The translations under genes and the position numbers were made by a program. Of a stretch of 64,000 nucleotides of DNA, positions 15,888 to 29,531 are shown one piece after another. The notes below the pieces were generated by a model, which worked only from the letters and a program-made list of their open reading frames with translations, had not been told where the DNA came from and did no database searches. Source of the stretch: the human T2T-CHM13v2.0 reference genome, Homo sapiens; assembly GCF_009914755.1 (NCBI RefSeq), contig NC_060928.1. The stretch is one strand, 5' to 3'. The first letter of the stretch is position 1, and each line of letters opens with the position of its first letter.

Positions 15888-16345
15888 CTTAGTGGGTGGA
15901 ATGGTGAACCCCAAAATGATATGTTCATGTCCTCACCCACAAAAACTGTAAATGTGATGTTATTTGGAAAGGGAGTCTTTGCAGATGTTACTAAGTTAAG
16001 GATCACAAGAGCATACTGATTTAGGGTGGGCCCTAAATCCAATGACAAGTCCTTCTAAGAGAAGAGCAGGGGAAACAGGCACAGCTATAGTCACAGAGGG
16101 GAGAAAGGCATGTGACGATGCAGGCAGAGATTAAATAAGGCTGCCACAAGCCAAGGAACTCCAGGAGCCTCCAGAAGTTAGAAGAAGCAAGAAAAGATTC
16201 TCCTCTAGAGCCTTTCAAGGGAGCACCATGTTAATAACACCTTGATTCAGATTTCTAGCCTTGAGATTTGTGGGAGAAAATATTTCCATGTTTGAAACCA
16301 TCAAATTTGTGGTAATTTGTTGTAGCAACTGAAGGAAACAAATAC
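15888..16345 (+). mobile_element. MLT1B/C MaLR LTR
   Basis: 'aatgtgatgttatttggaaagggagtctttgcagatg..agggtgggccctaaatccaatgac..gattctcctctagagcctt..aaacaaataca'. Confidence 0.85.
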
Positions 16346-17546
16346 ACCATCTGAAGCTGAGCTTTTGAAGGTTGGAAAATTATACTTGCCTTTATTTCAG
16401 TTTATTTTTCTTCAGTGAAAAAAGCAATCAACAGGAATGAAATGGCTTAACAAGAGCACATTGCAGGTTGCACAAAGGCATCACTGGCAGTTCTACCACT
16501 GCTCCATCAAAGACTGTGTTCCCAGACCCTGCCATTTCCCATCCTGTGAACCACAGCACAGGGTAATGGAAGAAAAGCTGGACTAAGAATCATAAGCTGA
16601 GGTACTGTTGTTCCTGTTTATAGACTCTCAGTCTTGATTTTTCTATCTTGCCTTTGTGTACTTCACAGTGGAGGGATCTTAATATGATCAAAATAGAATA
16701 ATAAAATAACAGCTGTGAAAACAAACTACAGGTAATAGTGTTCCATGAAAATATGTTCATATTATTATAGAAGAGAGGAATAGAAAGAAGTTAAATATGA
16801 AGTCACATCCCATATAGACATCACTAAACCTGAATAATGAACAGGAATTCCTTACTCCTGATGTCACTGGGTGACGTCCACATAGCCCACAACGTTCAAG
16901 GCTCTGATGAGCTCACTCTGATGAGCTTCCAAGAGTCCAAGTCCTCCACTGTTCTTTCTTCCTCACAGAAAATTGACATGAAAAGTACAGGTCAGGCTTG
17001 GCTACCTTCTGAGGGATCAAATATGCACAGAAGTGATAGCCTCATCATAGTGCCAAACTCAGAATTAAACACCATTCTTGGCCATTAGGTCCATACACTA
17101 GTGTTTTTCTGGGATTCTCTGGAAGACACCAGAATATCCTGGTACCATTCAGTCCTACCTTATGGGCCAAGCCTGAGGATGTTTCAAAAGAAACCCAGAG
17201 CAGCCAAGGTGGTGGTTTTGTGGAAGGTCTTAGAAGCCTCACTGCCAAAGCGAAACCAGCTGAGTAAACCTCACAAGCAGACCCACACCACTCAGTAAGG
17301 TGTCCCACTAAGATATTAGCCTTGACAAGAGAGCCCTGGTGCCATGGAAACAGGGTAAACACAGAGTTTGTCTTCCAGGCTTTGTGGAAGATGCTACAAT
17401 CCTCATCCTGCCTCCAGACCCAGAATGTACAGAAAAGTAGACTGAGGAAGAAAACATAAAAGAAAAGAGAACATAGGCTAAGACTGACCTAAGTTTAGAA
17501 ATAAATGCTTTAACATTGACCTGAAAATTTGTTAGGGAAGAGTTGA

Positions 17547-17647
17547 TTTCCCTTCTCCTTGCTGCCTATCAAAATTAAATTAAAAATAAAAAAAGTTTTC
17601 CCTTCTTCTCCTTGCTGCCTATCAAAATTAAATGAAAAAAAAGTTTT
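17547..17647. repeat. Two-copy ~50-bp tandem duplication
   Basis: cttctccttgctgcctatcaaaattaaat..aaaaaagtttt occurs twice back to back. Confidence 0.95.
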
Positions 17648-18469
17648 GCATTCATGATTTATGTGAGCTATCATGCTAGCTACATGGCTTAATTATGGCC
17701 AAGTATAGTCAAGTGGACAGAACACGGAACTTACACAGGTCTGGATTCAAGCAGCCAACATGGTCACTTGAATGGACCAGTTAAGAAGCCTATGTGTCTA
17801 CCTAAGTCTGTTTTCTCACTTGTAAAATATAGGTGCCTAGTTAGAGAGGATAAGGAAACCATTCTTAAAACCATATTTAGAGGAATCTCAAAATATCAAA
17901 AGAACAATAATTTAATATACTGAAATATATTAATAAGTTACCAGGTTTTAACAACTTTGAAGTCCATCTCAACCCAGCAATGCAAACCCCTGTATTGGAA
18001 GCACATTCCTATGGAAGCTTGTACATACTACATATTACTGTGCTCTCATACACACTAGAAATGTGTCCATTATTATGGAAAAGTTTTGCATAGTAATAGC
18101 TTAAAGTAGGACTTTCTTAATTTTAAAGTATAAAGATACAGTGGAAATCGGTAACATTGACTCAGCAAAACAAGCCAACGAAAAAATACAAAACACAGAG
18201 AATGAGAATCTGAAAGACTCTAACAACAATAATTCTTCTTAGGCCAATATGAAAATATTAGGTTGTAAAAGAAATAGGAAAGAATAAAATCAAAATAACA
18301 TTAAATATGGACAATTCCAAGTGAAGAATAAAGTATATAAAAATCAAGGAATAAATCCATGTATACACACTGGGCTTTATGGCTTTTTACTATTATACAG
18401 AAGTCTTTTTTTTTTCTTTTATGTTAGGTTAATTTTAACTATATTTTAGTTTTTATCGTTGTATGGTCA

Positions 18470-19560
18470 GCGGGGGTAATCCTTGCCCACACAGAAACAG
18501 TGCCAGAGCGCAGGGCCCACATATTTACAAAGGAGGTCCTGAGATCATTGAAAGAAGTAGTCATTGTCCTTAGCACAAGAACAAGGAGAAGCCAGGGAGG
18601 CCCTACCTTCCCTCTCCAGGGTGCTGTGAGCTACTTGTGTTCTCTGATGAGCCTGCAGTAGAAAAAGGATGACGACAGAGATGAGGCGCGGGGAGGCACT
18701 GGGAGACGCAATCAATGTGAGCAAAGCAAGCATCCCACTTTGGGCTTCTCCTAAAGCAATTCTCCTACTGAGGGAAAAACTTTTCAGGGACCCAGGGATG
18801 GGATGGGATTGGGGGTGGGGAGTGGGGGTCACCTGCCTCCCCCTATAGTGGTCATTTTCATAAGTCAGCAGGGGGTAGAGGCAGGAGGCAAATCCAGCAC
18901 ATCGTCAAAATAACCAAGTGTTCTGTGCCAAAAGGAAATGTGGGCTAAGAACTATAATGAGAGGGTAAGCAAAGAGCCACTGGCTCCAAGCAGTGAGATG
19001 TGTCAGCGAGAGAGAACAGCAGTCCTGCTGGCCCGAGTTCAGGCCAGATCCTTAATCTGTAAATCACTGTGAAGCCCAATACGTCAAAAAAAAATGTGGC
19101 CACCCCTGGAGTAAAGGCAAAAGGCAACAGAGTAACCTCCTGTGGATAACCCCTGTGAAAATGCAAAAACACCCCAGCATCCAAGAGAGGGGAAGGGTGG
19201 CTTGCCAGAACCTAATTACATTTAATCAAGATGGCAAAAAATGATGAGCACGTGTCCCATAATCCCAAATGAAAAACACACGCATATGCGCGCGCGCACA
19301 CACACACACACCACTCTTAAGAATGCTTGACTGTATATTCTCTCATCTCCCTTTATAAGCCTACTCTAAAATTTCTGGCACGGGCCTGAAAGTCATTAGT
19401 AATTTAGCTGAAACGTAAAATTTTACTGCGGCGCATTGGTAGCTATTATGAGGTATAAATCTGTGTGGCTCTGGCAGGTTGAATTCCCTCCTACTACCCT
19501 TCATCGTGCTACAGAAAGCATTTAACCGTGCTGGGGGGGGTACAGGACTCACATTTTGGA
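18470..19560. promoter_or_regulatory. Candidate enhancer/promoter-like region
   Basis: Repeat-free, locally GC-richer with retained CpGs; G-run tract, CTCF-like motif, (CG)n/(CA)n tract, homeobox TAAT motifs. Function is inferred. Confidence 0.4.
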
Positions 19561-20934
19561 ATTAAATTAGAGACATGAGAATACTAAAATACCCTTTCTT
19601 TTCTTGATCTGCACTAATCATTTTGAACTGCTTTCTTGGGCTAAGTCCCACTAAAGAAAATGTCATCTTCTTCAGGAAATCTGGATTCAGCAAACTGCCC
19701 TGCAAAAGCCATAGAGTACAAAATCATCAAGTTTAACAAAATCTGTGTTTGCTTTGCCCACACTTATTCTATAGACCCAAGCCCATCATTTTCAGTTGTC
19801 ATTGGAGAACAAAAGTATCTCACTCATAAATTCCAAATGTTTCCCTATAAGTGAAGCAAAAGAGAAACTACATACAGTATTTTTATATTAATTGTACTAC
19901 ATTCAAAAACATAATACATTGGTTATTTTGTTTCACAATTTTCAACAAGGTCCTTTATGGTCATTAGGTCTTGAATGCAAACATATTTTCATACCCAATG
20001 TATTATGTTTTTGAACATAGTACAATTAGCACATGAGATTTGAACCTTTATTATTGGAGTGACTTAGTAGAAAGCATATGGAAAGTGGAATTATGCCTAA
20101 ATCCTATGCCCTTAGACAGAGATAGAGAATCGGAGAACTTGTTCTATCATTGAATTTCTTGTCTTCACAGCAGACATTAGCCATGGGTTACAGGGGCAGT
20201 AAAGGCTTCAGGTAAACCTGGATCCAGTACCTCTGTTTGATTAAATCAGGACACATGCTTAGACTCCTCAATAAAGTCTGCAGGCAACCATGACCAATTT
20301 ATTATAGCACATGAGACAAAAAACTCACTTGCCTTCTCTGGCCTAAATTGTAAGCACTATGAGAGAAGGACCACAATTATTCCTTTTTTTGTTCTGGCAC
20401 CTGTCTCAGTATCTGGCACATAGCTGGCCTCAGTAAAAATTTTTTGAATGGTACTGAACTGTGTGACCTTGCCATTAATTCAAAAAGTATCCTAAACTAA
20501 ATAATTTTTTGCCTTATTTTATTTTCCTAGAAAATGATATCTTGTTAATTGCCAGTTACCTTGTTATTACCAAAAGAAATTAAATATAAAATTAAATGTA
20601 AGCAAAACCATTAAATGTTTATTTACAAATAATATGATGTGCAGCATTACTTAAAGCAAAATAAATAAGCATGTTTGCTACTCCCTGGTTGCTTAGATTC
20701 TGGAATGGGGTAGCTTGAAATACAGATGAATATGGTTTGTGGAATTCCCTCTAGTTATGGTGCCTTCCAAAGAGAAGGCCCACTTGCATTTATCAACTTT
20801 ATCCAGTTTTATGGTATTGTGAAAATTTTCCTTGCATGCTTAAGGAAATAGAGCACTTTCACACTGTGTTGAGAATATTATTGGGGATGTAGGTCAGTAC
20901 TTTACATCTTTCCTAATGAGATTGTTTTTAGTAA

Positions 20935-21430
20935 TTAGTAGCAGAAAATTGCACCCAATGTGTTTAAACTAGAAGGGAGGATTCACTGACTCATAATTTA
21001 AAATACCACAGGGAAGATGGGCTACAAGTGAACCTTCATCAAGCTACTCAATTACATATTCAACATCTTTTTTCTTCCTAAGACTGACTTAACTCATGGT
21101 CCCAAAACGGCTGCAACAAAACCCAGAATAACATATTTCCTCACTATTTTTTTCAGCAACAATATCAATGTTTCAACATTCCCAGGAAAAGAAATGAGAT
21201 TTAATCTGCTTGCATAGCTTGAATTAGATGGCTTAAACTACATGCCTAAATCTGAACTAATTAATATAATCTGTGCATATAATGCACTGATTAGGTTAGC
21301 CTAGGTCATGTGCTCCACCTTAGACATAGAGGTAGAATTATTTTTCTCAGAATCACACAGATCTCCGAAGCGAAATCAGAAGGGTAAAGGAAATGATGCG
21401 GAAACATCCACCAACAAACATCTATTATAA
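20935..21430. mobile_element. Old MaLR LTR (MLT1J/K-like)
   Basis: 'gattcactgactcataat..' and 'gcactgattaggttagcctaggtcatgtgctccacc'; boundaries approximate. Confidence 0.55.
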
Positions 21431-22279
21431 CAATATCTCTTTCTCAAGACCTGTGGCAGAAACTCTTGTGTGATCTAAGAACCAAGAATTGTCAGTCTTC
21501 TGAGCACCTGCTATGTTTTATCCCACAGACATAAACTATGTATAATGCAAATATCCTTTAATTCAACAGCCCAGCAGTATAAATAAAGTATTGGAGGGAA
21601 CACATGATTCTTACTACTTTTATAGCCTCTACATTTATTCCTTCAATACTTCATTCTCCTGCAATATTATCCCACCGTCAGATATTTCTGGGAAGTCCCA
21701 TAGATGTCTCAAATGTATTGCGAAAAGAACGCACAGTTTCTGGATACCCTGTCACCCATCAGGGCTCATCTCTAGGGCATTAGCCATGCCCATGGGACAT
21801 CTGCCATCTTTGCTGGGATCCCACATACACTTCACCACTTCCCCATTCCTGCTATAGAATTCCATCCTTCCTTGAATGATGCATCCAACTATAAAAGATG
21901 CATCCTGATTATAAAAAAATTAACACTATTCAGTCCTCATAATTTCTCTTATGTAAAGAGTCCTTCATTGAACTGCTCTGATTCCTACAGTGACATAAAG
22001 TAGTCTGTGGGCTCAGTTAAAACTAAATGCCATCATGTGCTTCTACTATTCTTATAACATCCCCTTCATGACAACGCTGGGTGCCCATCAAAAATCCTCC
22101 TCTTCAAAGTCATTGATGTTTCCTGTCAACAGTGATTGTTATCACCCTCCTTAGAGGGAGAAGACCTTTGATATTTATACACTGGGAAGACAGGGTGTAA
22201 ATAATTAAAATGTAATGTGAGTCCTGGCAAAGGCTCAAGATAACAGTGGTATGAAAGCATGGAAAGAACAGTGTTCTAG

Positions 22280-22597
22280 GGGCAGGGGGTGGTTGCTCAT
22301 GCCTATAATCCCAGCACTTTGGGAGGCTGAGGCAGGCAGATCACTTGAGGTCAGGAGTTCAAGATCAGTCTGGCCAACATAGTGAAACCCCATCTCTACT
22401 AAAAATACAAAAATTAGCCAGGCATCGTGGTGCATGCCTGTAATCCCAACTACTCGGGAGGCTGAGACAAGAGAATCACTTGAACTTGAACCTGGAAGGT
22501 GGAGGTTGCAGCGAGTTGAGATCACGTCACTGCACTCCAGCCAGGGCAGCAGAGTGAGACTGTCTCAAAAAACATAAAATATTAAAAAAAAACAACA
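22280..22597 (+). mobile_element. Alu (AluS-type)
   Basis: Complete Alu; TSD core aacagtgtt; small internal cttgaa duplication. Confidence 0.95.
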
Positions 22598-25500
22598 ACA
22601 GTGTTTTTTTTTGTCTGAAAGGTAGGGCACAATGAAAAGAAAAACTGAGTAAGAACACAAGCAGGACATGAAAAGTGCAGAGTCTGCTCAAGGGAGGGAG
22701 AAAGACCACCTGTGCTCATCATCAGTAGTGAGGAATGCAGGAGGACCAGTGAGTGGCAAAGAACATCTGGGAGCTTTGACAGTGTTTGGAGGAGAGTTGT
22801 ATCAAGTTAAATGCTTTAGCAGCTCTGGGCAAAAAGCCTGCTGAGTATTCTGAGGTAGCCATAAGGCAATTCTTTCTAGAGAACTGTTATCCAAAACCAA
22901 TGGTATGAGATTTCTACATAACATGGGCTCTACATTGATGGCACCATTGTGCATCAATGACAAATGTGCTGCCATTTCAAGATTTAGTGTTTCCACTATC
23001 AACCTTGAAGCCACTCCTCTTAAGGCAGTTGGTAAAGTTTTTGAGTACAGAGGAAAAAGAGAGGAAAAATACGGAAGGCATGCATTAACTACATCTTTAA
23101 AGAAAGAGAATTAAGTATTTGAAGTAAAAGAATTTGCTTGAAAAAAAGTTAAAGCTCTTTTAAGTGTTAAACAAAAAGATTTAAAGATGAAAAACAAGAT
23201 GAAACAATATGTCTTGGAAAATAAGGGCTTAATTATCATAAGTTAATTGTGTATTACAGAGAAATAAATCTAATTGTAAACCATCAGAGAGAACAAGGAG
23301 GGAAGGGCATTATAGAAGTAAAAAGAATTTTTTGAAATTAGTGTCTAATAAAGCCATTTAGACTCTCCCTGATGCATAAAATTTCTTTCTCTGTCAACTG
23401 AAATGAACCTGACTTATTTCACTGTCAAACTAGCCTCTTCCTATTATCTTATATTTGTTGTCTTTCAGGCCTGAACAGCTGAATGTTAAACCCTATTTCT
23501 GAAGAATTGGCATGTCTGCTTTGTAACATGCACAGTGACAAGTTAACTGGGGTAGGGCAAGAGGCTGAAGGACCTACTGCAAGTTAAAACCTAAAATAAA
23601 CAGAATAGAGTCACTAGTGGATACTTTAAAAAGGAATTTATGGCCAATTTCCTCATTTCCCCTAGGATTTTGCTTGTGAAAATAAATTTGATATTTTCAG
23701 CATTAGAAAAATATATTGTTTGAAAAGAAAACAGGCCAAAGTTTCACATGTGTAATCTACCATTCCGGCAAGACACCAAAAGTGTAAGAGCATCAGTAGA
23801 CCCTTCCACAAGGGTACTGACTCTGAAGTCGCCAGTCTGCAGAGCCACCCACAACCGAACATACGGTGACGCTGCTCTGGACATGCCAGGCCTACTTGCT
23901 GGCATCAAACTACTTATTTTTTGAGACACCTTCTCTCTTAAGCAGTAGAAAAATGTAACAGCAATTTACATTATGCTAATAGTCTTTCCCTTATTGTTAG
24001 GAGTTTATTTCTCCCCAATATTTTTTCCCTTCTGAGGAATAGAAATGATGATGCTAAAGAAGATAAGTAAATGGTGTCATAAAATATATCCCATTTATTT
24101 AATAGTTTTCTACCCTATAAAATGTTGCAGACTTTAAAATTTCGTGTAAGTCATATATTTAGTATTTCTCATATGCTTTAAAAGCCCATTCAACTCTCCC
24201 CAGCTGTTGAGGACAGGAAGTAAAGAAAATAAGTTTTTCCTGCTAATCCTCCTAAGAGGAATTTAGGGAGCCAGCAGAGCCATTTTGGAATTTTGCTGAG
24301 AAACAAGGATTAGCATTCCTGTGTGCCTGGCTAAGTGGCATCACCAGATTGTTTGATTAGAAGAGTGCTGCCTACTTATTTTAGATGGGATCCAAATACC
24401 AGAAGCTTGATGTTATATTGTTCACTTCAAAACTTGTCTCTGAGAAGTATCTAATACTAGTTGACCATCCATTTCTCTTCTATCTATTCCTAAATCCATT
24501 GAAAAAGGATTTGAGATTTAGAGTGCCATTACCCCATTAAAGGTATTTATCTGGGGCTTTCAACCTTTAAAAGCAGACTCTTATTTTCTGGGACTTATTT
24601 AATACAACAGTAAGAAGATTAAACTAGAAAATGTAAAATCCCTCAGAAGTTGAAGAAATTCTGAGTTGGAGAAAATACTTGTCAAAGTTACTCAGTTTCT
24701 TAAGGACAGTAAGCAAACTGGTCAAGGACCGAGGCAATTGTCTATTCAACTTCATGTTTCCTGCATCTAGCATAGTATGCGGCACATGATAGATGTTCTA
24801 GAAATGCTATATGAACAAATGAACGCATTATTGGCACTTTTTGAAGGATGCATGGATTAAAACATTTATCTATTGGAAAATAAGTATGCATTGTGAGCAT
24901 TTCATTGTTAATCCACAAGTTGCTAAAGTTAGAAGTCCTTTCCTACCTGCCATTCACTCATTGATCAACTTATTCATGAAAACTTATTGAACAATATTCT
25001 ACACCATGGTTTATAAGTGCTAGAAAATACTTTCCCACATTAAAAATTATCATATCTAGTATACATGGATTTTGAAAACCTGGTTGGAAAATTATAGCCA
25101 ACTTTAGTTGTTTTGACTATTAATTCATCCTAGAGGTTTTAGTAGGTATAAAGTCGATATAATAATTAAGTGAATAATATCAGCCTTTAAACCCCCCAAA
25201 AATTTTCTTTCCAGATTTACTGGCTCTCCACTTATTTTGCTGCACTTGTTTCCATTTTCCTTTTGAACCATCAGTGATCAATAAATGTTGATGCTACATC
25301 TACTTTTGTTAAGAGCACCTGAAACTTGTCTACTTCAGGATGGAAACTGTTAGAAAAATATCTTCTCAATTTACAGTGTAGCTCAACCCTCGAGGTTGAA
25401 GTTGTTTTTGTTTGTTTGTTTTCAGTTCAATCCATAGTGCTTTGGGGAATCACAGTTCCTCTGAAAAACATTAGGATTGCACATTGGATTTGCACAACAT

Positions 25501-26183
25501 AACAGTGCTCTAAAACACCCCAGCACATGCCACACACAAAGGAGTCCTAGACAGAGCCTCGATTCTCTAAACGTCCTCCTACCCGACTCTGTTATGACTG
25601 ACCTGTTAGAGATTCAACAGATTATTCCTTGTAGTGTTTTCTTGCCCTTCTTTCACTTCATGACACTTTTGCTCTGCACTTTTCTGTAGCGTTATCAGGG
25701 TAAAAGAAAAGGTGTGGGTGCTATTTGGTAGAGTTTTTGAGCAGAGAGAGCCTACTGAAGATTCCAATCCTCTGCTGAGAATATCCTTGTTTTCCTTTTT
25801 TTTTTCTTTTTTCCTGAAATACTTAGATCATTGCATCAGCCCTTTGTTTTGCTTGTGTTGACAAGCTGAAAGTGCAGTGTGATCACCCCAGCTGAAAGTC
25901 CCTGGTACTTTCTTGAACCATCTTCCAACAGAAAAAATGGGTGGTCTTTACTCTGGATTAGTAACAGCAGTGGTTAATTTGCCACCCTGAGCCATTAGGT
26001 TCAGCTGTACCGACTATTTCACAAACTTTCCAAGAAATCCTACAAACCAAATGGAGCTCATTGCAATTAGTTACTACTCCTTCTCCATCAGTAATAGTCA
26101 AGAAGACAGAGTATTTTCCACTACGAAGCAGGTATTTTGGAAAGTGCTACATACACTTGTTTGCACAGGATTGACATTTATAC

Positions 26184-26314
26184 AATCATAACCAACACTT
26201 TATGTGGTACTTAGGATTTCTTTAAAGTACCTTTTTCCAAGTGCTGACCTGGCTTAACCCTACTTAACTTGTAAAAGACGAAGAGATTATAGGAGAAGGT
26301 ATATGGCCATGGGC
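26184..26314 (-). mobile_element. 5S rRNA-derived SINE head, AmnSINE1-like
   Basis: Reverse complement gcccatggccatatacc..ctataatctc..acaagttaagtagggttaagccaggtcagcacttgga..aaagaaatcctaag..aagtgttgg aligns to the 5S internal control region and to recalled AmnSINE1-specific text. Confidence 0.7.
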
Positions 26315-26574
26315 CACTGACGGATTAGATTTTTTTCTTGGTTAGGTTTCCCTAGGGCCTTTGAAGTGTGGATTCAGTGCAATCTTCCTTAATGTTCCCT
26401 CTTAGGGATCTTGTTTTGTTACAGTAGCTGATCTTTTGGGTTAGGTAAGTGGAGAAATAATGTGTTGTACTTATTTTGCTTATACATCATATGCAAGGTG
26501 GGGAGAGGTGTCTTTCCTATGTTCTGGTTACCTCTTCTCTGCAATTATGTAAAGTTACCAGAGTCTGCCTTTTA

Positions 26575-26858
26575 ATTATAAAACCCAGTGTTGCTGAAGA
26601 GATGGGGAAACGGGCTCTCTCAAACATTGTTTCCTAGTGGGAACTGTAAAAATATACATACTCTTTAACTTGGCAATTCCAGTTCTATAAGTTAATCCTA
26701 AAGAAATAATAAGAATGTGTGCAAAAATTTGATCACTAGCATAGTCATTGCAGCCTTTTTTTTGTGGTATAGAAAGCTTGACAACACACAAAGGTAAAAC
26801 AAAATATGGTCTTATGCCTATAGAATAGAAAAGACAGTGGCTGTGGAAGTGTATATGT

Positions 26859-26890
<32 letters not shown>

Positions 26891-27180
26891 ATACATATAT
26901 ATATATAGTAGAAGGGTCTATAATATTGACTTTGACAGTTTTTTCTCAATATTAGGTGAATTTAAAAAGTAGTCCCGTTTTATACCGCGTGATCTCATCT
27001 TCTTATATAAAAACGGTTAAAATCTCCATAAATGTATGGTATTCACACAATTAAAGAAGCATAGTTTCCAAAATATGGACAGTTTTTAGGTGTGGAATTA
27101 TGGGTGATATTTATTTCATTCCTTTTTTTCTTATTTTCTAACATTTTCTACTATATTTTACTTGCCTAATAGTAAAAAAA
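26575..27180 (+). mobile_element. L1M 3' fragment containing (TG)n(TA)n microsatellite (~26855-26907)
   Basis: 'gggaaacgggctctctcaaacattg..gtgggaactgtaaa..gcaattccagttcta..aatcctaaagaaataat'. Confidence 0.65.
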
Positions 27181-28911
27181 AATAAAGTTTACTTTCTGGG
27201 AGAAGTCATTTTCTTTTGTTTATGAAATAGTCATTTGAAACTCAGAAAACCATAGATGAGTAAAAGCAGCCTGCACATATAGAAGAGACAAGTCATGGAA
27301 AGAATTCTAGACTTGCTTTCAGGTCTAAAATCCAGGCTTGGCTCTGCTACACAATCTCCCTCTGCAAGGTTCAGCAAGTCCTTTTACTACTTTGGATCTC
27401 AGTTTCCCCACCTTTAAGTGAGGGCACCATTGTTACCCTGTATACTCCAAAGGATTATTAGGGGTACAGGTAAGATAATATATGTGGAAAACTTTGGAGA
27501 TGTTAAATGCGTTTCGTCAATAGAAGACCTAGGAATCAGCAGGCAACTCAAACAGCAAGTCACAGGCTAATCCAATTAGCTGAGCCCTATCCTAACCTTA
27601 TCCATTCTTTACCTGCTTTCAGCTCTCTTCTGTACTAACAAGGAATTTTGCCTGTCAGTTTGAGGATGCAGCATGCTTCTCTGTTTCCATCCATGAATTC
27701 AGCACTAGCAGATGTGCAGGGAGCCAAAACGCCAGCTCTGTGTTTTCCTACGTTCATTTCCAGTAACCCAGTTAGCCTGCTGCTAGCTGCACACCTGCAG
27801 GGTGTCTTGCCTCAGGCAATCCCACTGCACTTTGAAGCCCTTACTTGTCGATGTTAAATATGCCATGGTATACACAGTGTGCTATGTTTTCATTTTTCCA
27901 CAAGAATGTCACAATATCCACATGAAGGGGAGGTCTTACTTCACAAATCCACAGTATTCCAAGTTGTCACTCTAGAAAATTACCTCCCACAGCCTCTACT
28001 TGGGAGAGTTTCTTTATCTTTGGATTTTCCTCTGCTTATCTAGCTCCTGTCCCCAGACTGATAAAAAATGGGAGCCTTGTACCGAGTTTGTTATGTCTGA
28101 AGATTTAGTTGCCCAAGCTGTGCGGGCCCACATTGTTAGTTTTTGAGTCACGTTTCTTAGCTTGTGAAAAGCCTGTGAAAAGAGCTTGGACTTCCACGAG
28201 GAAAACCAGTTTTCCTAGGGAGCTCCAGAGGAGAATACCCTTGTCTGATTACCCGAAAATAACCGTTCCTTCTTATTAGTAAATGCAAAGCCAAGTTACC
28301 AAGGGGGCATCTGCCTTACTGGAGCCTTCCACACCTCCTGCTTTCTAAATTAAGAATGACGAGGACAACATCTAAGACTTTTCACTTTATATTTGAATAA
28401 ATACTTTACATTTTCAAAAATATTCTAAAAGCACCTTTATAAAGTGCCTGGGCCCCAGTCTTTTCCCATATGGGTACAGTGACTTCAATAAAAGAGGCTC
28501 CTTTCCATGCCAAATGCCAGGTATATACCAGGTTAAATAAGAATATGGGATCTTGCCGGCAAGAGGAATAAAAGTGGTTTAAAGATAATAAATGTATGTT
28601 CTTAGCCCTTCTGATGACACTAGGCAAAGAGTTTGGCTAACATTGATTCTGATAACCAGAGAGCTCTTTGTTCCCAGCTGCCCATCCTGGTGCCCAATTG
28701 CATAACATTTTAAATCATTTCAACCATGGTAAATGACGGCCGAAAGAACAGCTTCAGCCCAGAAGAGACAAAGGGACAGTGTTGGAGAAAGTAAAGCAGT
28801 GGTATTCTTGCTTCACTTTAAAATTAATAGAGTTGGTTATAGTTTCTAAGTACACTTGGAATTCCAGCTGCCAGAGAATGGGTTTGAACACTGAAAGTCC
28901 TCTTTAATTCT

Positions 28912-29032
28912 TGGGCCCAGGACAGGTAGTGGTGTTCCCCAGCAAGCAGGCACAGGTAGTGGCCCTGTAAAGCGGCAAAGAGAGCCTGCCAGGAGGCTTC
29001 AACACTGTCCTCAGGGAGCAGCCTCCACAGAG
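28912..29032. repeat. Copy 1 of 121-bp local duplication
   Basis: Ungapped match to 29532-29652 with 9 mismatches by manual count. Confidence 0.95.
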
Positions 29033-29531
29033 AGGTCCGGCTTTGATCTCTTCTGAGACTGCTATGAGTATGCCAGCCATGCGGTAGGTGTCCATGAGTT
29101 CATTTTACAGAGATCATCAAAGTAGCTTTCAGATGGTAAAGACGAACAACCTGGCCTCTATTTGAACAGCTAGCAGCTCTTCAAACTGTCTAATTCTCAA
29201 GCTTATTAAACAGAGAGGGAGCTAAGAAATAGAGAACATGGCAAGTTCCGGGAAGAAGTGCAGAGAAAGGAGATCTGGACTGTGGGTGCTTTTGCCGCTG
29301 ACCAGTGTCACCCAAACATCAGTTTTCCTACCTTTAAAGTAAACCATTTCTAAGTGTTAAACCGTTGCAGTCTGCAATTTGAGTGAACCATGATTTGGCC
29401 AATGAGGTATATTAAGCTTTAAAAGAACGATGTGTCAAGTAGAGATTTGTCAAAAATAGGGAGAAAGAACACCCCCTGGAGAAGAATTTAAATAAAATAA
29501 CACAAGTAAATGGTTAAATTTAAATGATTCA

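Noticed and set aside
16900-16940. Tandem ctctgatgagct resembling a hammerhead CUGAUGA core
   Set aside because: No GAAA after the putative stem II and no stems I/III; a simple 12-bp repeat
22933-22959. Small hairpin cattgatg(g)cac-catt-gtgcatcaatg with SOX-like motifs
   Set aside because: An 11-bp bulged stem is too short for a pre-miRNA and plausible by chance in 64 kb
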